Source of the DNA: Tubulanus polymorphus
Lineage: Eukaryota > Animalia > Nemertea
DNA length: 64,000 nt
Reading direction: 5' to 3'
Assembly: GCF_964204645.1 (NCBI RefSeq)
Contig: NC_134026.1
Span: 10,811,950 to 10,875,949, forward strand
The position numbers and the translations under genes are program-made. The notes under the pieces were generated by a model. The model saw only the letters and a list, made by a program, of their open reading frames with translations, searched no databases and was not told the origin of the DNA. Below, in pieces: positions 1 through 13,912 of this stretch; the first letter of the stretch is position 1, and the number at the start of each line of letters is the position of its first letter.

Positions 1-351
1 CTATATGGTCACCTTGGCATATTTTGTTACCATGATCAATTGCAAAGTTGTAATTCATGACATGTTCTATGATTGTGGAGAGTTTCAAGGTCATTGGGTT
101 TTTGCATATGGTCACCGGGGGCGTTGAATAGTAAAGCAACTTAGTATTTCCATATTAGATTGGTAACGTGGCATAGTTTGTTATCACAATCAATTACAAA
201 ATCGTAGCTGCTGAAATGTTCTATGATTGTGGTGGGTTACTAGGTCATTGGTTTTTGTATATAGGTCCAGGGGCGTTGAATATTGAAATTGTTAGATTGT
301 TGAGTATTTGAAACCACCTCCCAAGTGGGCATGGTGTCCCTGGACCCCTAG
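1..351 (+). mobile_element. 3' part of a HINE copy
   Basis: 154-bp units followed by cccaagtgggcatggtgtccctggacccctag. Confidence 0.85.
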
Positions 352-3300
352 TTGTTTTCATAAATTTCATTATTTTTGTATCAAATTGACTTTTTAGCGG
401 ATGATAAAAAAGTGATCTTCAAAACAGAAAACCTGAATTCGCTCGAAATATTGCAGAAATTCAACGCAATATGTCGGGAAAAAGAACCCGGATTAATACC
501 TCCTAAGAAAGTCAAGGCTAAATCTCCATTCTGGGGAAAGAATGTCTGATGTTGACTTTTAGAATATTATCTTTTCCTTAAATGCTGCAAAGAATTTTAT
601 CTATAGTGTAAAAATAGTTGTAAAATAAATACTTTTCATGGTATATTTTTCTTTGTGTCACTGATAGTCATTGTTTGGTCTTTTCATTTTTTGAGGACTG
701 GATCGATAGCATGCTGCCAGGAGTCTAGTCTATTTTCACGATCGGATATTTTTCGGTAGGCCTTGCTTCCGTATATAAAAGTTCCAGGGGCAGTTGACTG
801 TGCCTGGGCATTGAATAGAAGACAAGGAAATGCATTTCTCATACGTCAATCGGACACATTAGCGAGATTCCATCCTCGGAGATATTGATACATGCCGGCG
901 CTAAAAGATGCAAATTCCGAGAAAATGAGTGTCAAGTCTTGGCGAAAAGGGCAACCAGTGGGAAGGCAGGGATCCGCAGGAACCTCCCTGACCACCGCAT
1001 CAGCCAAACGTGCGGGGCTACGAGCGTATAGTGCGTACGGTTAATTTTGCCGTTTCGACATCTCCCCCTAGTAGTACGATAATTGTAGTAAGGTAGGCCT
1101 ACTTATTTTTGACCCCGACCGTGTACTGCATTTTAAAGGACCCCTCAACCAACTAATTGTACGCTGAGAATTTAATACGGTTTAATAGCGACGATGTGTC
1201 TAAACTTAGATACATCGTCGCTACCGTATCTATTTTAAACTTGTATGAATTAAATCTTATGAGTGCATGAGAGACTGCAATTTAATGAAAATAAATGGAA
1301 AAGGACCCCAGAATTTGTCGAAAATGTTTATTAACTTTTGATTACTATCGATCATCATTATATTCATTGACAGATTTTCAATAAGTTGTATGTGGAGGTG
1401 AAATTCTGGATATGCGCATATTTGACTGCGTACTATCACGATGTTTTGAGGGAGCGCAAACAATTTGTTTAGCGTTATCACTGTTGAAATGCGCAAGTAA
1501 GAATTAAAAGTGATAGGCTTGTAATGATTTATCGATATAAATGTTCCAGTTACAGAAAAATTTGTCTTTTTCTACCCATCTCCGATAGAAAGGTCAGTGC
1601 CATAACGCATCAATAGCTGTCCTCTGGCAGCCATCTCTGCTAGAAAAAGTTTTGTCACATGATAGGTTCGCACAGACACCCATCATTTCTTATGTCTGTA
1701 ATGAATATTTTGGATGTATGTTTTGATTGTTTCATCGCTTTTGACATTGGAATATCAATGTTTTTTAAAATCAGTACCATAACGCATGCATGGTAGAATG
1801 GTGTTCATAACAACTGTAGCCCATTTAAAGAAAATTGATAGATACCACATTTCTACGTCAGTCCCATATGGGAAAATATATAACGGGACGCGTATTTTTC
1901 AAATATAAGATTTCTTTTTACTATCCTTTGTCTCTAGATAGGTGTATACTGTGTTATTTAAATCCCCATTAACTTTTGCGATGAATGAACTCTTCAATCA
2001 TGTCACCAAGTCGTGGGCATGTTGTCCTCGAACTCTAGTCTTCTACATGTCCAAACAAAATTTGATATCGAGTGATTGTTGTGTAATCTGTATGTTACAA
2101 GCAATATTGAGCCTGTTCCCTTACAGAAATTGGAGAAAAAACCACGTTCGTTGATTATTTGTAGGAATAAAGGTTTTTTCTTGACTATTTACAAGAATAG
2201 TTCGATCTCAAGCTCTAGAAGACTGCCTGTACGTGTATTCTGATTACTATACGTTATAAGTCACATCAAGTTCAAGGAGGGCAATATGCACGTCTATTAA
2301 TGTTCACAGTTGATTCGTTCGGTTTTGGTTTGTAACTCCGCTGGTATTACCAAATCACTTTTGCTTAATGATGCATATTATTGTACACCGGTAATTCATT
2401 GTTTTTGTCCTTATTGGGGACAGAATCTCGAGATGAGTGATGTATGATCTGAATACTATATTTGATTTCTGGCCTATATGGTGAATGCAATGGGGTTAGC
2501 AGAGCCGTCGATTGGGTAAATGCGCTGTCATTGTCTGTCAAGCTCAATTTAATATCTTGTAAAAATTTTGTAAACGAAAGTCAATTTTATCAGATCTCAA
2601 GCAAAATGATACTGGTGTCATGTAATTCTGTATTATTTTTATACTATCATTATGAGATTTGTAATAATAATCTTTATTTTACAGAAGATAAGGTTTTTGA
2701 TTGGTGGTTTGGTGCATTCTTAGCATCACGTTGAATTAACGTTTTTACGTTTGAGATGAACGTCACCTAAACTTTCATTGTAACCTGAAACTAACGTAAT
2801 CTCTTTCTTTTAAACGTTTTTTCAACGTTGAAAAAGGACTCCGATACAACGTTTTTTTTGACCGATTCAACGTTGATGACTTACGTCATCTCAACTTTCA
2901 TTTTAAACTGAAAATAAATGTCGGTGCAACGTTTCATTTCAACGTTTTTTAGATATTGAAATTAGGTTGATGCGTTAGCTGGGCTATTTCAAGAAACATC
3001 GTAGAATCCCATGTCACTGTCCCATAACGCCAATCCCATAACGTCGAACATGTGTTACGCGTACTGACATTGGCAAATAAGGGTATTTATTGCCCGTGGC
3101 TTATATATATATATATATATCGTAGAAAAGGTTAGGTTATAGGTTATGCGCTGCTGACGTACGTTTCTAATACCTCGAGGCTACTTCTGTCATATGTGAA
3201 AAACCTAGGTTGATCCCTTGAGTTTTATTTTGCCATCCAAGCCGAAAACACCACATTATCGAACAAGTCTCGTGGCCACTACGCTGTACATTTTTAAGAG

Positions 3301-5000
3301 ACCAGACTAATTCAGGCCGTACACAGGGTACGGTGGGTCATACCGAGGACATTCGTTTTGCCCCGTGTCACAATTGAATTAATTCACGGATCAAAAAAAA
3401 AATATTCTAATGCTATCATAAAGGGACTGGAAAAAAGCGTTCGTTCGAATACGATACCCCTGGCTCTAACGGGCCTTCCTGACCCGTATGAGATCTCACT
3501 TAAACCACGTGTACTGCTTGGGAGAGCGATGGTCACGAAATTCTTGATCTCTCCTTAATTTTTATTCATCAGCTAACTTCTACTTTCCGTTCTTTGTAGC
3601 TGTCCGCTTTCATACTGGTAGCCTACTGCCATTATATTTATGAATGTCGTACGAGTATGATACTTGTACGACATTCATAAATATAATATGTGACTTCAAA
3701 ATGACGCTGTGGGACAATGCCCAACTACGGGTCCTCCACATTACTCTAAAGAAGAAGAAGAAGAAGAGACTTGGACGAATAAAATCTACGTACCGGTATC
3801 AATATCTCAAAACCTTTGTTGGCCGTAGGCTTATTGTGCTTATTGAAAAAATTCAAACTTTATTGATCTGTAATGTAAACACTAACATTCTAGAGATGAA
3901 CACAATAAAGAAACAATTAAGGCTAAAAAAATTGATACCTTGTTTCTCCGCTCTGCTGAGCTTAAATGTTGACCCGGCCGGCCGCCTATCTACCCTATAC
4001 ATTACTTTTTTTTTAAAAATCGTGATCAATTTTACCATAACAGACCCGGCCGCTAAAGAAATGAACTGTTTATAAATTTTATCATATTTTACAAAAATGA
4101 CCCGGCCTCTGCGGAGAAACAAGGTATCATTTTTGTTTAGCCCAATACATACAATAGAAAAATAACGATGTATTCGGCCGTGATTCGAATTTCGAACGCG
4201 TGTTGTACATGTAGATGGCGCAATCGTACGAACTTGGAAATGAGTTGGCGCGCATGCAGAACCGTGTTGTGGGATTTCCCCCGCGCACACAATTCGACGT
4301 AAGCCGTGTCATGATAAGCGAAGTGAAAGTATCCCTCGTACAATGTGTCTCGTCCCATGGCGCACGTCTTTGCGAGGTAATTATAACCAGTAGGCATATA
4401 CTACGTTAACAGGTTAAAGATTTATCTGTCATTTTTAGTTCTAACATTGGCTCAAGACACACCGCGACTCGAGAAACGCCGTCGTGTCAGTAACTAATGT
4501 AATCAGTGACAGTGGGTAAGTAAGCAGCAGGTCAGTAAGTGTAACACAACATAAACACTGAAGAAATTTGTCCATATCAAACTTCAGAGAATTTCGGGTG
4601 GCCACTTTTTTAACCTTTCTTTAGGCCTGTAGGCCTATGTAGTAGTCAGACAGGGGCTTGTCTGTTTTGGGGGGCAGGCGCGGATTTAGACGGTACCGGT
4701 ACTCCGTAGGCACGTGCCACAGTCGCGAAAATCTCGTGCCTCCTTTTTTTAATGCCCAAATTCGAAAAGGGCACTTTTTTACAAGACAAGGCAGATAATT
4801 TTAAACAAAAAGCATATAATTCTTCAAGGATTTGCCACAACACAGTGGATTGTGGAATTATTAGAGTTGCAGCACTACTAGCTGGCTGTATTTTTTGTTC
4901 GTGGAAACCGTGCTTTCAATATCATTTGCGACAACAGGGTGAAAATATTTTCATTGTAGGAGCAGTAGGCCCTATTGATTGAGAATTTCACACACTTTTG

Positions 5001-5090
5001 GAGCCCACTTGGGACGTAAGTCTCAGCCGGCTATATCGTTCACTTTTCAACCGTCCGTTCATCCGTCGACAGAATCCAGTTATTTTGGGA
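5001..5090 (+). mobile_element. HINE 5' fragment, followed by a CAGGG-starting TE remnant
   Basis: gagcccacttgggac...gaatccagttattttggga, then cagggccgcaggaacg. Confidence 0.65.
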
Positions 5091-5450
5091 CAGGGCCGCA
5101 GGAACGAATTGTATATGGCAAGCCCAAAATAAATTCCAAGTTTGTGGCCCGTAATGGCGCAGTCGTCATCAGCGAGCACCGCAGATGCGAGGCACCAAAA
5201 GGGGATTTGGGGGCCCTCCCCCAGAAAATTTTGAAAAATTAGATGCATTAATTTAGGTGCATTCTGAGCACTTTCCACAGTGAAATTGGGAGAGGGGGAA
5301 GTGAATCTTGGAAATGGTTCCATCATGCAAATAAATTGTCTACCAAACTTCGTACATAGTGTATGAAATATTTAGAAGAAATGGTCACTCAATGAACGTG
5401 GAGTGTCTATTTGAGTCAGTGGGGAAAACCAACTACCATGTATATTCTTG

Positions 5451-5600
5451 ATGAATCACCATGCAGGTGTGTGTGATTACAACATGAATTGTGCTTCACG
5501 GAGATTGTGTCAATAGACAGGTTTTCATAAAAATTCAATCAAGGGGAACATCTTGGGCTTTTTTTATTACATGGAGCACTGATTTTCTAAAATTCTGCCA
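5451..5600 (+). repeat. Dispersed repeat, second copy at ~27141-27320
   Basis: atgaatca.catgcag...gtgcttcacggagattgtgtcaat.gacag is shared. Confidence 0.75.
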
Positions 5601-6380
5601 AAAACTTCTGTAACAATTGTCCTCTCACCAGGACGCGATTTTTTTGTCACAAGAGAGTTTCCACCATCTTGTATGCAGTGGGCATGCTCGACATTCTGTA
5701 AACACAATCCACACGTGTGCGCACTACAGTATCAGCGTTTGTGGCCATCAACCCACTAACAAACCACGTCAAATACCTGCCAACCTTTTCTACGATTTTA
5801 TTTTTACACCTTATGATTAAATAAATTTCTGACGTTTTCGCATTTCTTCGTGTATCAAGTGTTTCAAGCATACTGGGGGACCTCAGTGGTTAAGATGGAT
5901 CTTTGAACATGATGAAAATTTGGAAATGTTAATTTTTGCCGCTCTGATTCATATTTCAACTCAAACTTTTGTAGGATTTAGACGTTAGGCCTTTAAATGA
6001 TCGCACAAGTGATCGGCCTCGCAATTAAATCAAAGAAATGCATTGGAAAATGTGGTTTGGAAATAAACTGAATATTTTAGCATACATGTAGTACCGTACT
6101 GTATTCTTGAAAAATTGATCTCTGTGGGGCAAATTTCTAATTCATTAGACTCGTCAACAAAGTCTTTTCTGTGTAAGTTTTAAACAAATTGATTGTGTGA
6201 GAAAACACTACGTCCGTGTTTGATAAGCAGGTTTTCCATCCGATTAGTAGTAGACCGTACACATATTAGTGTATTAACAGTAGTGTATACATACACTTCT
6301 ATTACACGGGCATACACTACAGTGACAGAGTTCTGGACGGTGTTCAGCGATTCCATGTGCATTTTTTTATAAATACAGCA

Positions 6381-6410
6381 GAGCATGCGCACTGCGAACA
6401 AAAATGGTGG
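6381..6410 (+). promoter_or_regulatory. Candidate promoter motifs upstream of the TRANK1-like gene (NRF1-like and YY1-like)
   Basis: gcatgcgcactgcg and aaaatggtgg lie ~300 nt upstream of the first acceptor; motif resemblance only. Confidence 0.25.
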
Positions 6411-6749
6411 AAACTCTTATGAAAAAAAATCGCCACCAGGACAAAGGATTCCTGAAACCATAAAAATATTTTTTCAATTCTTGTTTGCTATTTTGCACCC
6501 TACTTGATTGATATTGTAGTAATCATGCCGTCAGAAAGATCAAGGGTTGATAGAAAAATGGTTTTTTGTATGCAATTTGTAAGACACAGTATGCTCACTG
6601 GTTACCACATACAGTAATTAATTAAATTCTCTAAATTAGTGTTCGAATTAGTAGGGTTTTTTGATTGAAATTGTATTTTTTTTGTTTGACCATTTACTTT
6701 CTTTACAGGTTTTTGGCGATAACGCTATTGATAATCTTGTGATAGCATA

Positions 6750-6924
6750 ATGGCTAGTTTTGGTTTGCCTGATGAAACCCCAAGTTTCGAAGAATATCTG
6801 CATCTCATGGCATCACTTCAGTCCCATAACAGTCACCCACAGATTCCTGAAGGTCTTGGGCATATGGCTGGACAATTTGCTCACGATCCTTTTGAGAACT
6901 TGAGAGGTTTACCTAGACCTGCCG
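6750..6924 (+). CDS. TRANK1: TRANK1-like coding exon 1 (MASFGLP...PRPA)
   Basis: Acceptor tttacag at 6708, ATG 6750, donor G|gtaagt at 6925; phase 1 matches the next exon. Confidence 0.7.
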
Positions 6925-7308
6925 GTAAGTATCTCATTATGGCTAGCTTATATCAGGCGGCGAAGTGACAGATATACTCAGTTACCTGTAAGATTTAACT
7001 TATATTCGTTCAGTTTGGTTTGTACCAGAGAAATGGTCAATATGCAGTCTGTGCTCATCAAGATGATCAGGAAATGGGAGAATGGTGATGAAAAAGTATT
7101 ATGTATCTAAGGGGGTGGGTCCAGACTGCAGATTGGTGCGGTCTATATTTGAATTGATGGGACATGCTATTTTTATGATTCCTAATGTTCTGCATTGATT
7201 GTTGATTGACATTTACGGCAATATGTGTATATATTGAAAGCTTATGTCCAAAATGAAACAATGGAAGTTGATTGACTCAGTGAAAGTTTTACAATTATTA
7301 AATTTCAG

Positions 7309-7577
7309 GACCAAGTGTGGATGACTTAAGGTGTGAGGCTTACCGGTTGAAAGAACATGGAAATGCACTTTTTAAGGAAGGCAATTATGCTAAGGCATTA
7401 GATAACTACAATGAGGCATTTGGCATTGTTAATGTTCTACCAAGATGTGATGAGTTCCGAAATTTAACTGCTCTGTTATTGAGTAACAGGGCATACGTTT
7501 TCAATCGCTTGGGATTGAATGAAAACGCAATCAAAGACATTGAGCTCTGCATAAATCTTGATCCATCATGGATTAAG
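7309..7577 (+). CDS. TRANK1: Exon 2, TPR repeats (LKEHGNALFKEGNYAKA...LLSNRAYVF...DPSWIK)
   Basis: tttcag| acceptor, AAG|gtaagt donor; canonical TPR consensus; phase 1-0. Confidence 0.9.
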
Positions 7578-8766
7578 GTAAGTAATAAAGATTCCAGGCA
7601 GTTCAAGATTTGGAAATATAAAATCCCAAATCTACATTTTGATTATGAAATATTGAGTTTGAACAGGCTTCTGTCAGACAACCAGCCATCCGGGCATTCA
7701 TAGCAAGGATTTGTGATTCCACACAAAACTCATATCTTGACGTTCAAGGGGGCCTCTGAATCAGTTAAATGATAAAAGGGTTTGGTGTGAAAGTGATGGA
7801 AAATGTATGCAATGAGGAAGGCTGATAAAAGGTAATTAATGAATATAATCATGTCACCTCGGTACATCCTCCCTCGGCAGGATTCAAACTTGATGGCATC
7901 TCTACACTTAACCATGGCACGAACCCCTGCCACAGTAGACCGGTTGCAGGTACATGCGCAGCTTTGCCACACAAAAACTTGCTGCACCAATCAGATTGCT
8001 TGTTGTATAATCACTGACGTAAATTTCACGGAAGAACTTTAAATGGGAAAACCCGGGCTGAAATAAAACAGGATATCTGATTGGTTAATAATGACAGGGT
8101 TTCGATGCCATTAGGTTCGAATCCCTACCGGGGGAGGATGCCTCGGTAGGGCTGGGTGACATTCTGTTTTACAAACATTCTGTTTTACATGCTTCTTTTC
8201 CCTCTCATTACCACTCTTCACCCTTCAAATAGCAATAATTTTTCCAAACTCGGTGGGTGTAATTGGATAGGTCCACTGATTAAACACTTTTTGAAAATCA
8301 AGTTTCTCATTTCAAAAGCCTTTATGGCGGACCTTTCATATTTCTTATTAGTGCTCTACTCACTACAAAATGATTTATCGATTTTGAATATTGGTGCCGA
8401 ACGCTGGTGAGCTGTCAATCAAAGTATATATCATGGTTTTTGTGGTCGGGTTCGTGTGGTTAGTTTCGTTGCAATGTTTTAGTGGTTCGACTTGCACTTC
8501 ATTTTCCCAGTTTTCTCTGTTATTTGACACAAGATAGCCTTGTAACTTGCTCAGTCAGTCTGAAATTTGTGGCGCTTTCCTGAATTAGTTAAAAGAAAGA
8601 ATGAATTTATTTCTGAAAGGAGAAATTGAAGGTATTCTGTAAAATGATAATAATTTTCCCGCCTGATGTCATATCGGGATATCCCTTGACTTTGCGCACC
8701 GATATGGCTGTGGTGATCGGCCTTTCTAAAAAAAGTAAGTCATACTCATTGAGAGGTATGCCATTA

Positions 8767-9234
8767 GGGAGCGTCCAAAAATTACATACCTCTAATTGGG
8801 GGAGGGGGATTACTGAATTTTGGTACAAAGTGGTACATGGGGGGATGGAGGGGTCAGCAAAAAAGGTACGTACTTTGAGGGAGGGGTATTAATCAATCTT
8901 AGTATGTACTTTATGCACCAAACTCAAATGAAAAAAGCCGATACTGGTGTTTTATCGGCTTTTAGCGACTTGTTCAAGTGACTTGTAGTAGACTTCAACT
9001 GGGAATTCCCCATACCAGGTACCGGTATCGATCTTACACGCACTTGTTGGAATCAGGTATTTATGTTTTCTATATTTTATTTTGATTTGTGTTCTTTGCA
9101 TCAATATAATTGGGGAGGGGTGGTCATGGGTGCCATGGTACGTACCTATGAGAGGGTCAGTGAACTTGGTATAGAGGTGGGGGAGGGGGGTCAGAAAAAC
9201 AAGATATTGAGGTACGTAATTTCTGGACGCTCCC
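8767..9234. mobile_element. PIF/Harbinger-type MITE
   Basis: 26-bp imperfect TIR GGGAGCGTCCAAAAATTACATACCTC / GAGGTACGTAATTTCTGGACGCTCCC; TSD TTA. Confidence 0.85.
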
Positions 9235-10763
9235 TTACCGGTTGTATCGTAGGCCTAGAAGCATTATTTGGTGAAATTCAAATCAACAATGTAAAGTATA
9301 TTTGGTTATGAAATGAGGCCTGAGCAAGGATATAAAACCAGCACTTTTCATGTGCGTAAGCAGCTAAACGTTTGTATCGTTATGCAGATGAATTTTAAAC
9401 AATACTAAATTGCGTTAAAAAAACACCCTATAATTGGACCAATATTGTGTAATATATGATTGGTTTCGAGCTCTTCTTTCGGTGCAGCTTGCTCGCAATG
9501 ATACTGCTCTTGCGTCTAAGGTCTACATACCAGGATGCCTGTAGCTTGCACAGGCTTCCGTTCGGCGTTAGGTACATTGCCGGTAGAGCAGAAACTAAGA
9601 GGAGAGTAGTAGCTATTGCTTCTGTCCGATGAACAGATTTCACTCAAGTCTCACACCAGGGATGAAAGTCTTCCGACCATAGACAGATTTCCGACCTTTT
9701 ATTCCATTTTCTTCATTCCTGAGATCGGTATAAATCGCCTCAATCGCTTTAATCGCCTCAATCGCGCGCATCACATCGGAACGCTCTCTAGTTAGGAGTG
9801 CTCCTTAAGACGGTTTTCGGCGGTGGTTAGCACAACTGTGGAGTTGGAGAAACCAATATGGTGTCTCATTCAAAAAAGCTGCTCTAATTCAGGCCCAAAC
9901 TTTTAACATTTTGACCGAAAAAAGTAGGCCTAAGTTTTTTTTTTGGCTAAAAGTTACTGATTTTTGTTCCCCAAAAAATTCTGTTCAGAAAAATATTTTC
10001 TGACTTCTTCAATATGGGCCGTTTTCATCCATGTTACATGTGGTCGCGGCTGGTGTGGAATTCTCTGTTTCGCTATTACTGCATTTGCATGTGAACAGAT
10101 TGTGGCCTAGGTATATACAAGTTGAATTGATTTGAATGTTTCTGAAATTGTTTATCTTTTGTTGCTAACCCAAGCACATAGAAAGATTCTTTCTAGTTAT
10201 GTCCATCAATTGAAAAAAATCAAGTGAATCAAAAATCAATTGAACTTGAACTGATCTTGAACTTCGGAAAATTGCTGCGCATGCCTAGTGGTTTTCGCCG
10301 CATCAATACAGCCACAGGCAAAAGCGGAGCCGTTTCATCCCTTGTTATTTTGATATAGTAAGGCGACCGCCTGATAATGATCATCAATGACCAATTGTTT
10401 ATCTGAACTTTATGGCGGATGAATTAACAATATCAACACAAGGTATATCTGTGATATTTTGAATTCATTTGCAGTTAAAATTTAGTGCCATTCTCGCGAG
10501 ATTATCAACAACTTCCGGGTTTTATTCTAAGATTATCAATTGTACTTCAAGTTTGATTCCTCTGAAATCCATAGTTGATTTGGTTTTTGGGAGGAATCAA
10601 ATCCAATTACATGCATCAACAAGAGCCCCAAAGGCCCCTACGGCCAGCCTGTGTAATATTCGCTTTCCATGAATGATACAATTTGTGAGTTATACGTGGC
10701 AAAATACTCTTTATGCTTCAATATGATTTACACAGTACAATCGTGTTTTTATAATCGCGTTAT

Positions 10764-11480
10764 TAGCCCACTTGGGACTTTAGTCCCAGCGAGCTATTGC
10801 GTTCACTTTTCGTCTGTAGACAGAATCCAGTTATTTTGGGAAGTTTTAAAGACACTTCAATGTAATGTCTTGATATTTGGGTTACACATATATCTACCCT
10901 AGACACTTAAGCCCTAAAACTGGCCCTGTCAGATTCAAGATGGCCGACTGGCAGCCATTGTTGTTCGCCAAAATCAGCACATTTTACACATTTTTCAAGT
11001 TTTCGAGGGAAATTTTGAAGACGCTTTGATCAATTATCTTTATCTTTCATATGTATTTGTATCCCACAAGGGTCCATCAGCATAAAAAAAATTGGGTTGA
11101 TCAGACTCAAGATCGTTGTCATATGACCTTTTTTGTGCCAAAAATGTCAACTCTGTTCCGAATTCTGAGTCCTGTAGCTTCCTACTGGTTTACCCCTTTT
11201 CATTGAAATTTGTGGTGGCTATTCTATGGATAGGGATCTTTTATACCTGAGACCGGTATTTTTGATCAGCCAATTATCACGCAATTGGCGGCCATCTTGG
11301 TGTCATCAGTATTCAATTGTAGGTGGAAAAAGGTTTTTCCACATTATATTGGTATCAAAGCATATTTTGTTACCTCAATCAAATGCAAAGTTGTCGCTCA
11401 TAACATGTTCTCTAATTGTGGTGAGTTTCAAGGTCATTGGTTTTTGTATATGGCCACCAGGGGTGTTGAATAATACATTA
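10764..11480 (+). mobile_element. 3'-truncated HINE copy
   Basis: tagcccacttgggactttagtcccagc through the first array unit. Confidence 0.85.
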
Positions 11481-11793
11481 AGATCATGCCTTTCCATCTC
11501 ATTAGCTGAATGTGAAATAATATAGAATTGGCTTTGATGCATTTGTGTTCAAAAAGTAAAATGGAATTAGTACAGTTGTTTCTTATTCTTAAGAATCTAA
11601 TTACATCCACTGATCTAAGTTGGGGAATTTTGGGTTTTGGTTGTACCATGCTTCCATGTGTAGTTTGCTTCGCTACAATTACTCATAAGCCGGTGTAAAT
11701 AAAATTGATAGATTTGTATGATAGGTGTTGACAAATGGCCATCTTGGATTCCAAAATGTAGATTTCGTTGATAATTTTTTTTCGCTGATAACT

Positions 11794-12580
11794 CAGGGTT
11801 CGAATTTCAGGATGGCAATCGATGGCTTTTGCTGACGATGTATTAGTACATAGCCGTTGATGTATCTTTGTACCGACGGCTTCAAAATGTCGTCTATTAA
11901 ATTTCTTTAAAATTCAATTTCAATCACTGACACCAGATTTTGTAATCAAAATTCTGTAAAAATTCTGAAAAGTTTGACATGTAATCGAAAGTTACAGCAG
12001 CTGATGCCTTAACTGTTTGCCGTATGGTGCTGCCACCTTGTAAAATTCCTGTGCTAGCGCCAACTACTGTTTCCGTACAGTGCTGTCACCTAACAAAAAC
12101 AACTGCTATAAACGTGAATTTTGATCTGAATTTTTAAACTTCCAATACATGTAGGCCCAACATTCATTCCTTCAGTAGTTTAATTTAATAGTTATGCACA
12201 GTGCCATATTCTATCTTTGAGAAATTATTGATTATTAGAATATAACTATGTTATAAGTTCTTTCAATAATTTAGTAATCAATTATTCAATTTCAATCACA
12301 TATAATTATGAACTGACCCAACTTAGTGTTTAATATTTACAATTATTGTTGACAATATTGTAATTGATTTGATATACATTTAAATCTTTAAGTCAAGTAA
12401 CCAAATAACATTGAATCTCTAGAATTAGTTTTCAATGTTCATGGAATACATATTTAACCAAGTTTTCAAGATAGGCACTTGCTGTGGTGAGAGCTAGACA
12501 TGCTGTGGATCGCTTCCGCCATCCCCAGCATTTCTGAAAGTAACTTGCTGTGGATGACAAATTCTGAAATTCGAACCCTG
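11794..12580. mobile_element. Non-autonomous DNA transposon (hAT-like) with 17-bp perfect TIR and 5-bp TSD
   Basis: TIR CAGGGTTCGAATTTCAG / CTGAAATTCGAACCCTG; TAACT on both flanks. Confidence 0.88.
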
Positions 12581-12911
12581 TAACTGTGAATGTTTTGAAA
12601 GTGGAGCATTGATATTTTACATGAAAATGTTAGATAACAAAAATATTAATAGAGAGTCTCGATCATGATATCATCAAAAATGTTTGACAGGCAACCATCT
12701 TTAAATCCAATGAACATTTTTCCTTTTAATTGAATGCATAACAATTTTTGTGGGATTCGAATCTTTGCCGTTCAAAGTAGGTTTTTAGTTAGCCTCGCAA
12801 TATGTGGATGCCGAACCTCGGATTGGGAGTTTATTTTGGAATGCTCAGGGGAAAAGCAAATACCTAATTCTAAGAGACTAATTTTTGATGAACATAACAT
12901 TCTTTTTGTAG

Positions 12912-13062
12912 GGGTACTGGAAGAGAAGTCAATTTTTGAGAGGAATAGATGATTTCAGTGCACTTCACTCATTACTTGATGGTCTTGTTAAAGCAACTGC
13001 CTCTGATGAAGATAAAGCTCCCATTCTGACTGAAGCTTTTATCTTGGCTTTCAAACTGAGAT
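12912..13062 (+). CDS. TRANK1: Exon 3 (GYWKRSQFL...AFKLR), end of TPR module 1; absent from the ORF track
   Basis: tttttgtag| acceptor, T|gtaagt donor; completes the TPR motif WIK|GYWKR; phase 0-1. Confidence 0.85.
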
Positions 13063-13112
13063 GTAAGTACATAACACCAATGTTGGTATCTAAGAAAATA
13101 TGACTACATGAA

Positions 13113-13271
13113 AAGTGGAACCTCGTTATAATGAACTCAACCAATCATCTGATACAGAATTTCATCCCAAATAAGAAAATTTGATATATTTCATACTGGA
13201 TATAATGAACAATCATTTATAACAAAATGTTTTTCTAGTCCCGTGAAGTTCGCTGTAACAAGGTTCCACTG
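13113..13271. mobile_element. pogo/Tigger-like MITE
   Basis: TIR agtggaacctcgttataatgaac / gttcgctgtaacaaggttccactg followed by TA. Other pogo-like single ends lie near 29534, 55441 and 57074. Confidence 0.7.
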
Positions 13272-13684
13272 TATAACGCATTTGGTTGTACACTGTGAAA
13301 CAAGATGGCCTTCACGCATTGAAAATGGTCAGACCAATATCTCCTAAGCCTTAGGTTTATTTCTCGAGAAGCCTCGCTGTGAACATTTTCTACTGTTACA
13401 AGATGAAATCTAAATGATTTAGATGAGCATTTTACACGGGACAATTTTCGACGACAATGATACAATTTTTCGCAAATCAAGCAATGCGTGTTTCGCAGAT
13501 AACGTTTTTCTGTTCAGCATTTTCTGTTTGACATCAATGCACTTCCCAAAATGAAAAACATCGAAAACGTTTTTCACGTTTTTTTTTTATCATCTTTATT
13601 TTTCCTTTACAATTTCAGTTACATATAATGCAAAATCATTATTACCGGTAATACACAGATATACATGAATACATATTTCAATAT

Positions 13685-13880
13685 AAGTGAATGAATAAAT
13701 GAATAAATAAATGGATTTATTTCACAGTATATATAACAGAAATAGAGAGGAGGGAGCAGTTAAAAGCCGAGGCTTGTAAGAAACTGGCCCCTAAACCCAT
13801 CCCGAACCCCAGTTTTCATAGCCATACAACAATCACACAACATATTCACACAATACAATCACACAACACAATCACATCAA
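13685..13880 (-). mobile_element. LINE (L2/CR1-clade) 3' UTR fragment
   Basis: Minus-strand acaagcctcggctt stem-loop, then AATAAA and an (ATTC/ATTT)n tail. Confidence 0.5.
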
Positions 13881-13912
13881 AATTTCTCATACGTATAAAT
13901 GCATGTTTTTTT

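Noticed and set aside
4440-4521. Possible non-coding first exon ending at gg|gtaagt (4516)
   Set aside because: Only a donor-like motif supports it; transcript data are needed.
3358-5326. Cluster of 60-145-aa ORFs upstream of the gene
   Set aside because: No recognisable domains or consistent splice structure; interspersed with TE remnants.
8095-8160. tRNA gene (B-box GGTTCGAATCC at 8113; reverse B-box near 22488)
   Set aside because: No cloverleaf or A-box could be built; at most SINE remnants.
9657-10344. hAT-like element with cagggatgaaa/tttcatccct ends
   Set aside because: The TIR is short and imperfect and no TSD was found, so the boundaries are unsupported.
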